A stretch of DNA of 64,000 nucleotides, taken from positions 128,170 through 192,169 of the forward strand of contig JBMOMC010000007.1 of assembly GCA_049325335.1 (NCBI GenBank), read 5' to 3'. This document shows positions 48,288 through 58,350 of the stretch, in pieces. The position numbers were made by a program, and so were the translations under genes. The stretch is from Nitrospirota bacterium (GTDB taxonomy: Bacteria > Nitrospirota > Nitrospiria > 2-01-FULL-66-17). Under the pieces are notes generated by a model. It saw only the letters and a list, made by a program, of their open reading frames with translations, had not been told where the DNA came from and did no database searches. Within the stretch, counting starts at the first letter, position 1. Each line of letters begins with the position of its first letter.

Positions 48288-50669
48288 TCAGGCCGCGAGT
48301 TTGATCTGGTCGAAGTCGGCCAACACGTCGCCGACCTGCTGGTACCGCTTGGTTTTGTCCTTCTCAAGGCAACGCATGATCATCGCGTTGAGGGATGAGG
48401 GCAACTTCGGGTTGAGTTCCTTCGGATGTTGCGGAACGGTGTGCAGGTGCTGGTAATACAGATCCCCCTTGGTAAAGGGCAGCCGTCCGGTGGCCATCCG
48501 ATACAGCGTGCACCCCAGGGAGTACAGATCGGACTGGTGATCAACTTCCTTGCCCAGGATCTGTTCCGGCGCCATATACAGCGGCGTGCCTTTGACCGAG
48601 GTGCGGTCGGCGATCGCGTCATTCACGATCTTGGCCAACCCGAAGTCCATGATCTTGACCATGCGGTCCCGGCTCAACATGATATTGGACGGCTTGATGT
48701 CGCGGTGAATGATGCGGCGAGCGTGCGCGTACCCCAATCCCGCGCAGATCTGCTTGGCGATGGAGAGAAACTGCGGCTGCGGCAGCGCGCCCATCTTATC
48801 GAGCAGTTCCTTTAAGCTCAACCCATCCACGAACTCCATCGAGATGAACACCTCGCCCGCGGGGTCATGGCCGGTGTCGTAGATGGTCACGATGTTGGGA
48901 TGATTGATCGACGCCGCGATGCGCGCCTCTTGCAGGAAGTTTTCCAGCACCGCGCGCTGCTCCTTCACGCTCGTCGGCAATACCTTGTACGCCACGATGC
49001 GGTGCAACACGGTGTCTTCGGCGCGGTACACCACGCCCATGCCCCCTTGCCCGATCTGCTTGAGGATCTTGTACCGCGCCTCGGTGCGGGGGGTCGAGGA
49101 CGACGAGGTCTTCTGCGGCGCCGGGGGCGAGGACGGCGCGGCTTTTGCGGCCTTGACCTGCGCCGCTCGGTCACGCGCGTCGCGAAACGCGAAGTCCTGC
49201 GCCAGCACCTTTTCATACAGGCGGAGCGCGCTGTCGAAGTCTCGTTCGGCTTCATACGCTCTCGCCAATTGGTACATCGGCTCCACTTCACGCTCGGGAT
49301 CGTCCTTGTGGAGCGCGAGCAATTTCTGACAACGATCTTTGACCGCGCTCAACATGCCGCGGTCCAGAAAAATCCGCCCTAAAATCAGCGACCCCTCAAA
49401 GTAGTCTTGCGACTGAGGGTCCAACCGTTGCAGCGTCTCGATGGCCTCATCCAACCGACCCATCTGGTGAAAGATCTTTCCGGCCTCGAACAGCTCCTCC
49501 GCCTGCGCGAACAACGACGCGGCGCGATCGAGGTTTTCCAGCTTGAGGTACACGTGAGCGGCTTCCCGAAACCGTCGGCCCTGCTCCAGCGCCTTGCCCG
49601 CGTCATCGGGACACCCGGCCGCCAGATAGAGATCGGCCGCGCGCTTGTGGTCCCCGATCGCGGCGTACATCTCGGCGGCGCGTTGGGGAGCGCCCGCGCG
49701 TTCGTAGAGCTCCGCGGCGCGCATCGGCTGGTTCACGGCCACGTACAAGTCGGCCGCGTCCACCAAGTCTCCGGATTGGACCTTGGCCTCGGCCAGCGCG
49801 GTGTCGCGACGGATCGGGTCGCCGAGCCGATCGAACATGTCGGCGGCCTTGTCAAACTGGCCCTGGCTCAGATACAAATCCGCGGCCTTATGTTCGGCGC
49901 CGGACTGCGCCAAGGCGTCCGCGGCGTCCGCCACCAATCCCTGCTGTCGGAAAATCGCGGCGGCCCGCTCGGGGTCGCCCGCTTTTAACCATAACCGGCC
50001 GGCCTGTTGAGCCGTCGCGGACAAGGCTTCCTGCCCCGCCGGCTGCGCGCCGCGCTCCTGACACTTGCGCGCTTCGTGTTGGTAATCCTGTTCGAACAGC
50101 TCCGCGGCCCGCGCCCACTGTTCAGCCTTTTCGAATAACGCGGCCGCGCGTTTTAAATATCCCGCCGACTGATACAGCGACGCGGCCACCACGTCTTGGC
50201 CGATCTTTTCGAACAACTCCGCGGCCGTCACCGTTTTTCCGGCTCGGCGCAACAACTCAGCGGCGCGTTGCTCGTCCCCGACCCGCAACAGCATGGTCGC
50301 GGCGCGCTCCGGCTCTTGCGCCGCCTCATACGCCTGCGCCGCGGCGTCCCAATGTTTGAGGTGCTCGAACAATTGTCCCAGTTCACGGTGGGCGTTCGCG
50401 CGGGTATATAACGCAATCGCTTGATCGTGGTCTCCCGCCGCCTGAAACGCGCGCCCCGCTTCCAAATACGCGCCCCGAGCCAACAAGGCCTTGGCCTCGC
50501 GCTGAAGCGCCGACCAACTCGGACGAGACGAGGCCCCGGAGCGGCCCCGCGCACGAAGGAGTACGAGGACCAACACCACCGCCAACAACGCGGCGGCCAC
50601 AGCCATCGGCACCCCGGAACCCACGGCTCCGAGAAACAGCACTAACCCGTTAAGCAGTTCGGCGATCAC
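48288..50669 (-). CDS. serine/threonine protein kinase with N-terminal TM segment and Ala-rich TPR-like repeats; kinase domain at the C-terminus
   Basis: N-terminal TM, then ~500 aa of repeats (AAELFEK.., AADLYLS.., AAELYER..). Kinase core: LKQIGQGGMGVVYRAED...AYKVL...HRDIKPSNIML...DFGLAK...GTPLYMAPE. Confidence 0.85.
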   Translation of the reverse strand: MIAELLNGLVLFLGAVGSGVPMAVAAALLAVVLVLVLLRARGRSGASSRPSWSALQREAKALLARGAYLEAGRAFQAAGDHDQAIALYTRANAHRELGQLFEHLKHWDAAAQAYEAAQEPERAATMLLRVGDEQRAAELLRRAGKTVTAAELFEKIGQDVVAASLYQSAGYLKRAAALFEKAEQWARAAELFEQDYQHEARKCQERGAQPAGQEALSATAQQAGRLWLKAGDPERAAAIFRQQGLVADAADALAQSGAEHKAADLYLSQGQFDKAADMFDRLGDPIRRDTALAEAKVQSGDLVDAADLYVAVNQPMRAAELYERAGAPQRAAEMYAAIGDHKRAADLYLAAGCPDDAGKALEQGRRFREAAHVYLKLENLDRAASLFAQAEELFEAGKIFHQMGRLDEAIETLQRLDPQSQDYFEGSLILGRIFLDRGMLSAVKDRCQKLLALHKDDPEREVEPMYQLARAYEAERDFDSALRLYEKVLAQDFAFRDARDRAAQVKAAKAAPSSPPAPQKTSSSSTPRTEARYKILKQIGQGGMGVVYRAEDTVLHRIVAYKVLPTSVKEQRAVLENFLQEARIAASINHPNIVTIYDTGHDPAGEVFISMEFVDGLSLKELLDKMGALPQPQFLSIAKQICAGLGYAHARRIIHRDIKPSNIMLSRDRMVKIMDFGLAKIVNDAIADRTSVKGTPLYMAPEQILGKEVDHQSDLYSLGCTLYRMATGRLPFTKGDLYYQHLHTVPQHPKELNPKLPSSLNAMIMRCLEKDKTKRYQQVGDVLADFDQIKLAA

Positions 50670-52153
50670 GCCGCCTCCCGGAACACCGTCAGCGACGTCT
50701 CCCCAATTTTGAGCACATCGCCGGGTTTCAGGAGCGCGTTGGTCACGGCGCGCCCGTTCAACAGACTGCCGTTGGTACTCCCGGTGTCCCGATACAACAC
50801 GCCCTCGCCGCTCACCTCCAGTTCACCATGGCGCCGCGACACCTTGGTATCCACGAGCGTCAAGTCGGCCTTCACGCGCCCAATGGTGGTGACCGGAGCG
50901 TGCAATATAAGTCGGCTGCTGGACCCGTCGGGGCGAACCACGTCAAGGCCCCAGGTTTCTGCCGCGGGCGCCGGAGGGGGAGGAGGAAGCGACGGCGGAG
51001 AGAGGTCCGCCGCCGGACGACAAATCGTCTCCTCGCCACGCTCCTCCGGCTCAACGGACTCGGCGGACTGTGCCCCTCCCAGAAAACGGATCAGGCACTC
51101 GCCGATCTGCAGCTCCGCGCCGTGAGTCAGCGACGTCTTGGTCAGGGGCGCGCCGTTGAACATCGTGCCGTTCCGGCTTCCGCAATCTTCCACGGTCACG
51201 CCGGATGCCTCCAGCCGGAACAGCAGGTGGCGGCGGGAAATCGCCGGGTCATCCACCACGATATCGTTGTCCTCGCCTCGCCCCAGACTCACGGACTGCG
51301 CCGTTAATTCGAACCGACGCGAGGCCCCGTCCGCGCCGAGGATCAACAACGCGGGCACGGGACGCGTGAAGTGCTGGACCAGCTCGTCCGGCCACGCCCC
51401 GCGCTCGAACACGCCGTCTTCGGCCCAGTGCGCCGACATCGCCGCGAACACGTGCAGCGCCAGCGTCCCTTGCCCGGCGTATTGGTAGACATAGGCCAAT
51501 AATCGCTCTTCAAGCGAGTCCTCACCCGTCTCAAACGCGGGGTCCGCAAAATAGCCGGCGATCAGTTGCCCGCCGCGAAAATAAAATAGGCTTAACTCAC
51601 CGCCGCGTCCGACCACCAACAACTGGTCCTGCGACCCCTTCTTGATATGTCCGACGACGCTCCCGATTTCCAACAGTTCCGTGGTGCCCTCGGTAGTGGG
51701 CGAGCACTGCATGACCGTCAAGATCGACTTCAGAAACAGCGGGTCAGCGCCCACCAGCGACAGTTCGGTCCCGTCGGAGGGGAGCTTTCGCAGCCCGGTA
51801 AACAACCCCCGGAGCGTGAGGGGTACGAAGACGCCCTGCTGCTCCCGCCCCGCCGCGTACGGCTCGTTGTCGATGATCACCAGATAGAACCGCGCGGACT
51901 CCGACTGGACCGCCAAGACCCCGTGAAATCCTGGCGTCCGGGCGCGCATCTTCTTAAACAGCAGATTCACGGAGGAATCCGCGTAGCGCTTCCCTGAAAA
52001 GACCACGCCGGTGCGGGGGAGCGTCAGCCGTCCGAGTGGTTGGGTGATTCGGCTTTTCGTTGCCGCCATCGATTGGATCAGTGTGAGTAAAGAACCGTAC
52101 GCCGACCGCCCAAATGACGGGAAAAGTGTAGAGGAGGCCCTCGGGGGTGTCAA
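50666..52153 (-). CDS. FHA-domain protein (two FHA domains after an N-terminal domain of unknown function)
   Basis: FHA1: VSLGRGEDNDIVVDDPAISRRHLLF...SRNGTMFNG. FHA2: TTIGRVKADLTLVDTKVSRRHGELEV...STNGSLLNG. Overlaps the kinase stop by 4 nt. Confidence 0.75.
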   Translation of the reverse strand: MTPPRASSTLFPSFGRSAYGSLLTLIQSMAATKSRITQPLGRLTLPRTGVVFSGKRYADSSVNLLFKKMRARTPGFHGVLAVQSESARFYLVIIDNEPYAAGREQQGVFVPLTLRGLFTGLRKLPSDGTELSLVGADPLFLKSILTVMQCSPTTEGTTELLEIGSVVGHIKKGSQDQLLVVGRGGELSLFYFRGGQLIAGYFADPAFETGEDSLEERLLAYVYQYAGQGTLALHVFAAMSAHWAEDGVFERGAWPDELVQHFTRPVPALLILGADGASRRFELTAQSVSLGRGEDNDIVVDDPAISRRHLLFRLEASGVTVEDCGSRNGTMFNGAPLTKTSLTHGAELQIGECLIRFLGGAQSAESVEPEERGEETICRPAADLSPPSLPPPPPAPAAETWGLDVVRPDGSSSRLILHAPVTTIGRVKADLTLVDTKVSRRHGELEVSGEGVLYRDTGSTNGSLLNGRAVTNALLKPGDVLKIGETSLTVFREAA

Positions 52154-52215
52154 ACGGATGCGGACCGGCTGCGAACGGGGCTGTCATCTTTCAGGGGACG
52201 GCCGCCCTCGGGGTG

Positions 52216-53004
52216 CTACAGGCGGGCCGCGCGACCGGCGGTTTGCAGGACCCGGTAACGGGCCAATACCCGATTGGAGTATTCCGTGGGCACCGGCTCC
52301 CCATGCCGAAGAAATTCATCGACCCGCGCGGGACCGTAGTTGTAGGCGGCGAGCGCGAGATCCAACGAACCGAACCGTTTCTGAAGCTGCGCCAAATACC
52401 GCACGCCCAAACTGATGTTGTAGGTGGGATCAAACAGACCGTGCTCTCCGGACCACGGACGATTGGTTTCCGCGGCGAGCTGTTCGGCCGTGTTCGGCAA
52501 CAACTGCATGAGGCCCAACGCCCCTTTACGGGACCGAGAACTGGGGTCGAATGAACTCTCAGTCATGATCACGGCGACGATCAGGGCCGGGTCGTACCCA
52601 TAGTGTTCGCTCAAATCCGCGAGCACTCCCCCAAGACGGCGACGTTCCGCCGGACCCAAATCGTCGGAACCCGCGGCCCGCAGGACGCGGTCCACCTGCA
52701 CCATACGAGACTCTGTTCTGGTATAGATCACGCGAAACCCTGACGAAGATCCCGTCGTGACCGACGGAGACGCGGGGACGACCGCGGACCCCCGAGCAAC
52801 GCAACAGAACATCTCGTGCGGGATCACTTCCTGCGCGCCGGGCGCCTCGCTCTCGAGCACCGCGCCCAGTCCGGCGAACAAGAGCGCCAACGCCGCTGGC
52901 AACGCCATAACCGCCGCGCGTTGCGCGCGCCAGCCCTCAAGCCGCCGGACAAATACCCGGTGCGAATAGGGGGACGCCGCTGGAAACGTCGTTCGTTGGC
53001 TCAT
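52216..53004 (-). CDS. lytic transglycosylase (SLT domain)
   Basis: Signal/TM at the N-terminus. SLT core: SRSRKGALGLMQLLPNTAE...YNISLGVRYLAQL...ALAAYNYGPARV. Confidence 0.75.
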   Translation of the reverse strand: MSQRTTFPAASPYSHRVFVRRLEGWRAQRAAVMALPAALALLFAGLGAVLESEAPGAQEVIPHEMFCCVARGSAVVPASPSVTTGSSSGFRVIYTRTESRMVQVDRVLRAAGSDDLGPAERRRLGGVLADLSEHYGYDPALIVAVIMTESSFDPSSRSRKGALGLMQLLPNTAEQLAAETNRPWSGEHGLFDPTYNISLGVRYLAQLQKRFGSLDLALAAYNYGPARVDEFLRHGEPVPTEYSNRVLARYRVLQTAGRAARL

Positions 53005-53081
53005 ATATCACTACTGATGCTGCAAGGCGGAGACCATCCCCGCGGCCTCCGCGCCTAAGCCGCCGGAACTTCACGACGAGT

Positions 53082-53119
53082 CCCGCCCCTGTTCAGGTTT
53101 GGACAGGCGCCGGGGCGGG
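53082..53119. other. GC-rich inverted repeat (CCCGCCCC ... GGGGCGGG) in the SLT / DUF4340 intergenic region
   Basis: The 8-bp perfect GC arms enclose a second short stem (TGT...ACA). No flanking T-run is present, so it is not a canonical intrinsic terminator. Confidence 0.3.
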
Positions 53120-53184
53120 CATTTCGCCAATCCACGTCAACAAACAGGAAACAAACTACCACTTCCGCCCCATGAAAGTCTCGT

Positions 53185-54525
53185 TTACCCCGCCTCCGGC
53201 GCCTTCGGGATCAACGCGGATTTCGAAGGGATGTGCTCCAGCACGGAGGAAGCAACCAGAAACACGGGACCGTCGGCGTCCGCGTATGCGTAACGCGCCT
53301 CTCCATTCGCCCCGCCGATTGTCACCACCGTCAACACGCGGGCGTTGTCGCCTCGGAGCGTGACGCGCGCCGCCGGAGACGACAGCGTGGCGGCTGCCGG
53401 CGCGGCCGCTACGGTTTCCGACACGACGGATTCCCCACGGAGCGCGGTGAGGGCGCGAACCAATGCATCCATCGCGTCGGCCGCCGACGGCTCCAGTCGC
53501 CGCCCATCCATTTCCCACCCGCCCTCACGCCGGGCCGTACGGTATGCGGCGTCGCCCTGCACGACTTCAACATCGACCACCTCGTCGACCGAGACGCGGA
53601 CCACCCGCATATCACGGAACGCCGCCGCGTCCAGCGGCATTTCGTCCACCACGCGTTCGTTCACGCGGTAGAGCGTCTCTCCGTCGGTCCGGACATACAA
53701 CGCGCCGTCCGCCGCGCCGAAGAACTCGACGGCGATCTGGCGGGCGTTGCTGGTCACCGTCAGGGTAAGTCGGGGCTTGGCCTCCAGACCGAGCGCCTTG
53801 CGCTGCCCCGCATCGTCCACGAAGCCCGTGGCTCGCAACGCGCGCAGGCGACTCAGCAACGACGCCGTCCGCTCCGGATCAGCGGTTCGATCCGGCTCCA
53901 CGGTCCGCCACTCCGCCCCGTCTCGTCGCAGCGTGACCACGCGTTTGGGTCGCGTGATCACCACCTCCGTAACCGTCTCCGGCTGGAACGCGATGAATTC
54001 TTTCCGCCTCACGTCGTCGCGGGAGACCTCGAACGTGGATTTGGTCGCGGCCGAAACCAGAAAGAGTTTCCCGTCGTCCCGTTTCACATACACGCCGCCC
54101 CCGGTCGGACTCGCCGCTCCGAACGCCACGACGGCTTGCGGGCCGTTGCTCCGGCTCGCGGTCACGCGCACCGCGGGGTCGACCACGCCGAGGTCCGCCT
54201 CATCGCCGACCTCATCGATCGCGCGGACCACCGACATCGCGGTCAGTTGCGTGAGCAGACGTCGCACCGTACCGTCGTCGGCATCGGCCAAAACCGGCGT
54301 GGTGACGCGCCAGAGGCCCCCGTCGGTCCGCTCCAACACGAGACGGTCGGACGGCGTGGTGATCTCCAGTCCCGTCACGTCGTCTTCCGTCAACGACAGG
54401 ACTCGGCTCTCGCGCTCCTGCTGCTCGGAACGGCTGCGTTCGCGCGGATTATCGACGACAATCAGATACAGGCCCAATAGCGCGGCGATGCTCACCAGGG
54501 CCAGCGTTCCCCAGTACCGCCTCAT
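53185..54525 (-). CDS. DUF4340-domain protein (partner of GldG-like ABC auxiliary proteins)
   Basis: N-terminal TM, then a repetitive beta-rich extracytoplasmic region. It sits immediately downstream of the GldG-like gene with a 1-nt gap, as DUF4340 proteins typically do. Confidence 0.55.
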   Translation of the reverse strand: MRRYWGTLALVSIAALLGLYLIVVDNPRERSRSEQQERESRVLSLTEDDVTGLEITTPSDRLVLERTDGGLWRVTTPVLADADDGTVRRLLTQLTAMSVVRAIDEVGDEADLGVVDPAVRVTASRSNGPQAVVAFGAASPTGGGVYVKRDDGKLFLVSAATKSTFEVSRDDVRRKEFIAFQPETVTEVVITRPKRVVTLRRDGAEWRTVEPDRTADPERTASLLSRLRALRATGFVDDAGQRKALGLEAKPRLTLTVTSNARQIAVEFFGAADGALYVRTDGETLYRVNERVVDEMPLDAAAFRDMRVVRVSVDEVVDVEVVQGDAAYRTARREGGWEMDGRRLEPSAADAMDALVRALTALRGESVVSETVAAAPAAATLSSPAARVTLRGDNARVLTVVTIGGANGEARYAYADADGPVFLVASSVLEHIPSKSALIPKAPEAG

Positions 54526-54528
54526 GGC

Positions 54529-56064
54529 CTACAGTCGGCGACGCCGTCTCCAGACGGCAAACCCGTATCCCGCGACCGCGCCCGGGAGAATCAGCACCGG
54601 CACCCAAAACACGGTGCGTTGCTGCCCGGCGGTCAGGAGTAAGGGACTGGACGCGCCTTCCTTCGGCCGAATGGCGATCAGGTCCTGATCTTCGGCCAAC
54701 CAATTGATCGACGCGACCAGCAAGTCCCCGTTGCCCGAAAGGTTGAAGAAGCCGTTGAGCGCGAACCGCGCGTTGCCGGATACCACGGCCCGCCACGTCG
54801 GCGCCTGCGGCGACGACTCCCCGTCGCCCGCGGGGGGCGGCGCGTTGGGAGCGACGGCCGCCATGAGATCCAACGGCCCCTGCGCGTCCTGACCCCGGTC
54901 ATATCGGGCCTTGCCGCCCACAATTTGGGTCTCGCCCCAACTCTCCGGGCTGGACAATGCCACCGCGCGGTACTCGATCTCCGCCCCCGTCGGCGGTTGA
55001 AACGTCAGCGACTGCGCGAGCGGGAAAAACGTCGCGAGACGGAAATCCTTGACGATCTCGTGATCCCCGTAGGTACGAATTACCGGAGTGGTATAGTCCC
55101 CTCCGAACAGCCGCGACACGGGGTCAATCACCGTATCCTCGCGAAACGTGATTCCCCATTGTGCCGCCAGGTCTTCCACCCCGGTCTTCTGCCCCGGTCC
55201 CCGCAGCAATAACACCCGTCCGCCGCCGGACAAATACGCGGTGAGGGCGTCGAGTTCCTGGCGCAGCAACGGCTTTTGCGGGTCCGCGACCACGACCACG
55301 GTGATGGCGGGGTCTACAACGCCCGTTTGCGCCAAGAACAACGGCGAGACGTCGTAGCCTTGCCGTTCAAGCGCGTCCTTGGCCTGCGACAGACCGTTGA
55401 CGTCGGGGTCGCTCACGCTGGGTTCGCCGTGGCCCTCCAGCACCGCGATCCGTTTCTTGGCCGTTTTCCCGAGCCGGATGAGCCCATTGGTCAGGTCCTG
55501 TTCGCTCACGGCGCGAAGCCGAGATTCACGTCCCGCGCTCTCCAGAACAATGGTGTCGTACTGCGTGATGCCGTACTGCTTGGCTGCGGCCGGGTGTGTG
55601 TCGGGGTCGACGGTTTCGCTGGAGATCTTCCGGCTGTAGTGCCGATAGGTATCGAGCAGGTCCTTGAACTTCGCCTCGGTTTCGCTGCCTTTTTGAACAA
55701 AGGCCGTGACCTTCACCTCGTCGGTCAGGCCCTCCACCACCTTGATACTTTGCGGCGCCAAGGTAAACGTCCCGCTCTGAGAGAGATCCACTCGGGCCGG
55801 ATGCCGGACCGCGAGGACATTCACCATCACCACCACCGCCCCGACCAACGCCACCACGATGACGCTGTGCGCGCCCATGCGCGTTGAACGACGACGACCC
55901 CACGCGCCCAGCTCGCGACGCGCCGCCACCGCCCAGACAACGGCCAGTACGGCGGCGGTCCCGTACCCGGCTAGGGCATACCAGCGCCCTGGAAAACGAA
56001 AGTCGAGGAAGAGGCCGGCCGCCGCGACCAACACTGCGGCCATTCCGAGAATCCGTCGCATCAT
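54529..56064 (-). CDS. GldG-like ABC-type transport auxiliary component
   Basis: N-terminal TM helices, a large extracytoplasmic domain (...VLLLRGPGQKTGVEDLAAQWGITF...), and a C-terminal TM anchor (VFWVPVLILPGAVAGYGFAVW). The ORF is open to 56130. Confidence 0.65.
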   Translation of the reverse strand: MMRRILGMAAVLVAAAGLFLDFRFPGRWYALAGYGTAAVLAVVWAVAARRELGAWGRRRSTRMGAHSVIVVALVGAVVVMVNVLAVRHPARVDLSQSGTFTLAPQSIKVVEGLTDEVKVTAFVQKGSETEAKFKDLLDTYRHYSRKISSETVDPDTHPAAAKQYGITQYDTIVLESAGRESRLRAVSEQDLTNGLIRLGKTAKKRIAVLEGHGEPSVSDPDVNGLSQAKDALERQGYDVSPLFLAQTGVVDPAITVVVVADPQKPLLRQELDALTAYLSGGGRVLLLRGPGQKTGVEDLAAQWGITFREDTVIDPVSRLFGGDYTTPVIRTYGDHEIVKDFRLATFFPLAQSLTFQPPTGAEIEYRAVALSSPESWGETQIVGGKARYDRGQDAQGPLDLMAAVAPNAPPPAGDGESSPQAPTWRAVVSGNARFALNGFFNLSGNGDLLVASINWLAEDQDLIAIRPKEGASSPLLLTAGQQRTVFWVPVLILPGAVAGYGFAVWRRRRRL

Positions 56065-56101
56065 CCAGTGGGTTTCGTTGCCATCAGGCCGCTTGAGCGC
56101 G

Positions 56102-56890
56102 TCACCCGGTCTCTCGCCACCGGCCGGCATCCAGCACCCGGTGGGTCAAAAACAAGCCGAATCCTGCCAAACTCACCACGTACAATGCGCTCGGCACACT
56201 CAACAGGCCTTTCATAAAGTGATCGAAGTGCGCGGTGATCGACAGGTGCTCCAACACGGGTTGGATAGCGCTCCCTTCCGCAGTCACCGAGGCCCATCCC
56301 AACACCCACATTCCCAGGATCATGCCGAGCGCCACCACGCCGGCGCTGATTTGATTTTCGGTGAAGGAGGACGCCAACAACCCCAACGCCAGGTACACGG
56401 CGCCCACCAACAATAACCCCAGATAACCCGACAACACCGTGGGCCAGTCGATTGCGCCCCACCGGGCGAGCAGGAGCGGCATGTATAGGGTCAAGACCAA
56501 CAATCCGAGATATAACGTGAACACGGCCAGAAATTTACCGACGACCAATTGCGCCAACGTGATCGGCGACGTCATCAACAGTTCGACCGTCTTATGCTTT
56601 CGTTCCTCGCTGAGCAAGCGCATCGTCAGCAACGGCATCACGAGGAGCAGGATCACGTGAATATTGCGGAACATCGGCTGGAACACCAGCGTGGTCAGAT
56701 TCAACTGCGGCAACGCGCCCTGAAATCGCATCATTTGCAGGCTTTGCAGGCTCGCGATCGTGACGATCTGGGAGAAGAACAGCCCCACGATCGCCAGGAA
56801 CACCCCGGCCACCACGTACAGAATCGGCGATACCGTGGCCACGCGAATCTCTTTGCCAGCGATCGCCAATACGGCCCGCAGCGCGTTCAT
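56102..56890 (-). CDS. ABC-2 type transporter permease (GldF-like)
   Basis: Six TM helices and an ABC-2 family pattern. Start taken at MNALRAVLAIAGKEIR, overlapping the ATPase stop by 4 nt. Confidence 0.75.
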   Translation of the reverse strand: MNALRAVLAIAGKEIRVATVSPILYVVAGVFLAIVGLFFSQIVTIASLQSLQMMRFQGALPQLNLTTLVFQPMFRNIHVILLLVMPLLTMRLLSEERKHKTVELLMTSPITLAQLVVGKFLAVFTLYLGLLVLTLYMPLLLARWGAIDWPTVLSGYLGLLLVGAVYLALGLLASSFTENQISAGVVALGMILGMWVLGWASVTAEGSAIQPVLEHLSITAHFDHFMKGLLSVPSALYVVSLAGFGLFLTHRVLDAGRWRETG

Positions 56891-57828
56891 ACGGCCTCCT
56901 CCGCGGTCAGTTTCAGGAACACGTCCTCCAGCGTCATGGTCATGGGTCGCAACTCCACCAATCCCCAGTCGCGCGTGACCGCGCACCGGGCCACGGCTTC
57001 CCGCACATCGTGCCCCAACTCCGCCTCCACCAGCCACGCGCGATCACCCGCCCCATCCGAGCGCTCCGGGGAGACGCCGATGACGTGCGGCACCTGACGG
57101 ATCACCTCTTCGACGTCGGCGCCGGAACGCGCCAAGGTCACCCGTATTTTTTCCGACTTGCGGAGCCGGGCCGCCAGCCCCTCGTGCGTATCCACGGCCA
57201 CGATCCGGCCTTCGTGAATGATCACCACGCGTTGGCAGGTGGCCGTCACTTCCGGGAGGATGTGCGTGGAGAGCACGATGGTGTGCGCGCCGCCAAGACT
57301 TCGGATCAGTTCGCGGACCTCGATGATCTGCTTTGGATCGAGTCCCACGGTCGGTTCATCCAGGATCAGCACCGGCGGATCGTGAATCAGCGCCTGCGCG
57401 ATCCCCACCCGCTGCCGGTACCCCTTCGAGAGATTGCCGATCAACCGGCCGCGCACGTCGCCAAGCCCACACTGGTTTAGGACCCGGTCCAACGCGGAGG
57501 AAATCGACCGACGGGCAACACCTTTGATCCGCGCGGTAAACCGCAGGTATTCCGTCACGGTCAGCTCGGGATAGACGGGCGGGGTCTCGGGCAGATAACC
57601 GATCCGTTGCTTCGCGTCCAACGGGTGATCGAACACGTCGTAGCCGGCCACCACCACCGACCCGCTGGTGGCCGGAACGAACCCAGTGATGATCCGCATC
57701 GTGGTGGTTTTGCCCGCGCCGTTGGGGCCGAGGAACCCCAGGATTTCACCGTCCCCCACCTCAAACCCCACCCGGTCGATCGCCGTCGTCGGGCCATAAC
57801 GCTTGGTCAACTCACGGACTTGGATCAT
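56887..57828 (-). CDS. ABC transporter ATP-binding protein (GldA-like)
   Basis: Walker A GPNGAGKTTTMR, signature LSKGYRQRVGIAQAL, and Walker B VLILDEPTVGLD. Confidence 0.9.
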   Translation of the reverse strand: MIQVRELTKRYGPTTAIDRVGFEVGDGEILGFLGPNGAGKTTTMRIITGFVPATSGSVVVAGYDVFDHPLDAKQRIGYLPETPPVYPELTVTEYLRFTARIKGVARRSISSALDRVLNQCGLGDVRGRLIGNLSKGYRQRVGIAQALIHDPPVLILDEPTVGLDPKQIIEVRELIRSLGGAHTIVLSTHILPEVTATCQRVVIIHEGRIVAVDTHEGLAARLRKSEKIRVTLARSGADVEEVIRQVPHVIGVSPERSDGAGDRAWLVEAELGHDVREAVARCAVTRDWGLVELRPMTMTLEDVFLKLTAEEAV

Positions 57829-57924
57829 ACGATCGGCGCTCGTTCTACAGAAAACCGCGCGAGGTTGTCAAGATAACCGGATCGACCGCGTTGAGCCGTG
57901 CTCAAGATCGCATCGCGACCCGCG

Positions 57925-58350
57925 CTACGCGGCGGAGTAATCTCGGTAGGTGGCCCGTATCCGGTCGAGCCACTGACGCTGGTCGGCTTCAAGGCGGATC
58001 AACACGGCGTGCGTGGACGGGTCCTCGGCAAGGCGGGCGCCTTCCCGGTACTGCAGTTCCAGACGCCGCTCCTGATCGTAGGCCCACGACAGGGCTTCCC
58101 GCGCCGGGGGGATCGGCGCCGGGGCGGCGTGCGCGGACTCGCTGACGCGATCGCCGGAGACCAACAACGGCGTCAACGCCGCGGCATGCGCCTGCTTAAG
58201 CGTGACCCCCTCCTCCCACGACCGTCGCACGCGGGGGCCCGTCGCCTCTAGCATGTGCAGTCGATAGACGCGACCCAGTTGACGCTCGCATTCCAGGCTG
58301 TCGGAAACCAGTTCACGCAACGCGGGACTGAGCGCGTCCGCCATGCTCAC
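57925..58350 (-). CDS. hypothetical protein
   Basis: 141-aa ORF with a 4-nt overlap to the upstream HAMP sensor gene. No recognisable motif. Confidence 0.4.
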   Translation of the reverse strand: MSMADALSPALRELVSDSLECERQLGRVYRLHMLEATGPRVRRSWEEGVTLKQAHAAALTPLLVSGDRVSESAHAAPAPIPPAREALSWAYDQERRLELQYREGARLAEDPSTHAVLIRLEADQRQWLDRIRATYRDYSAA

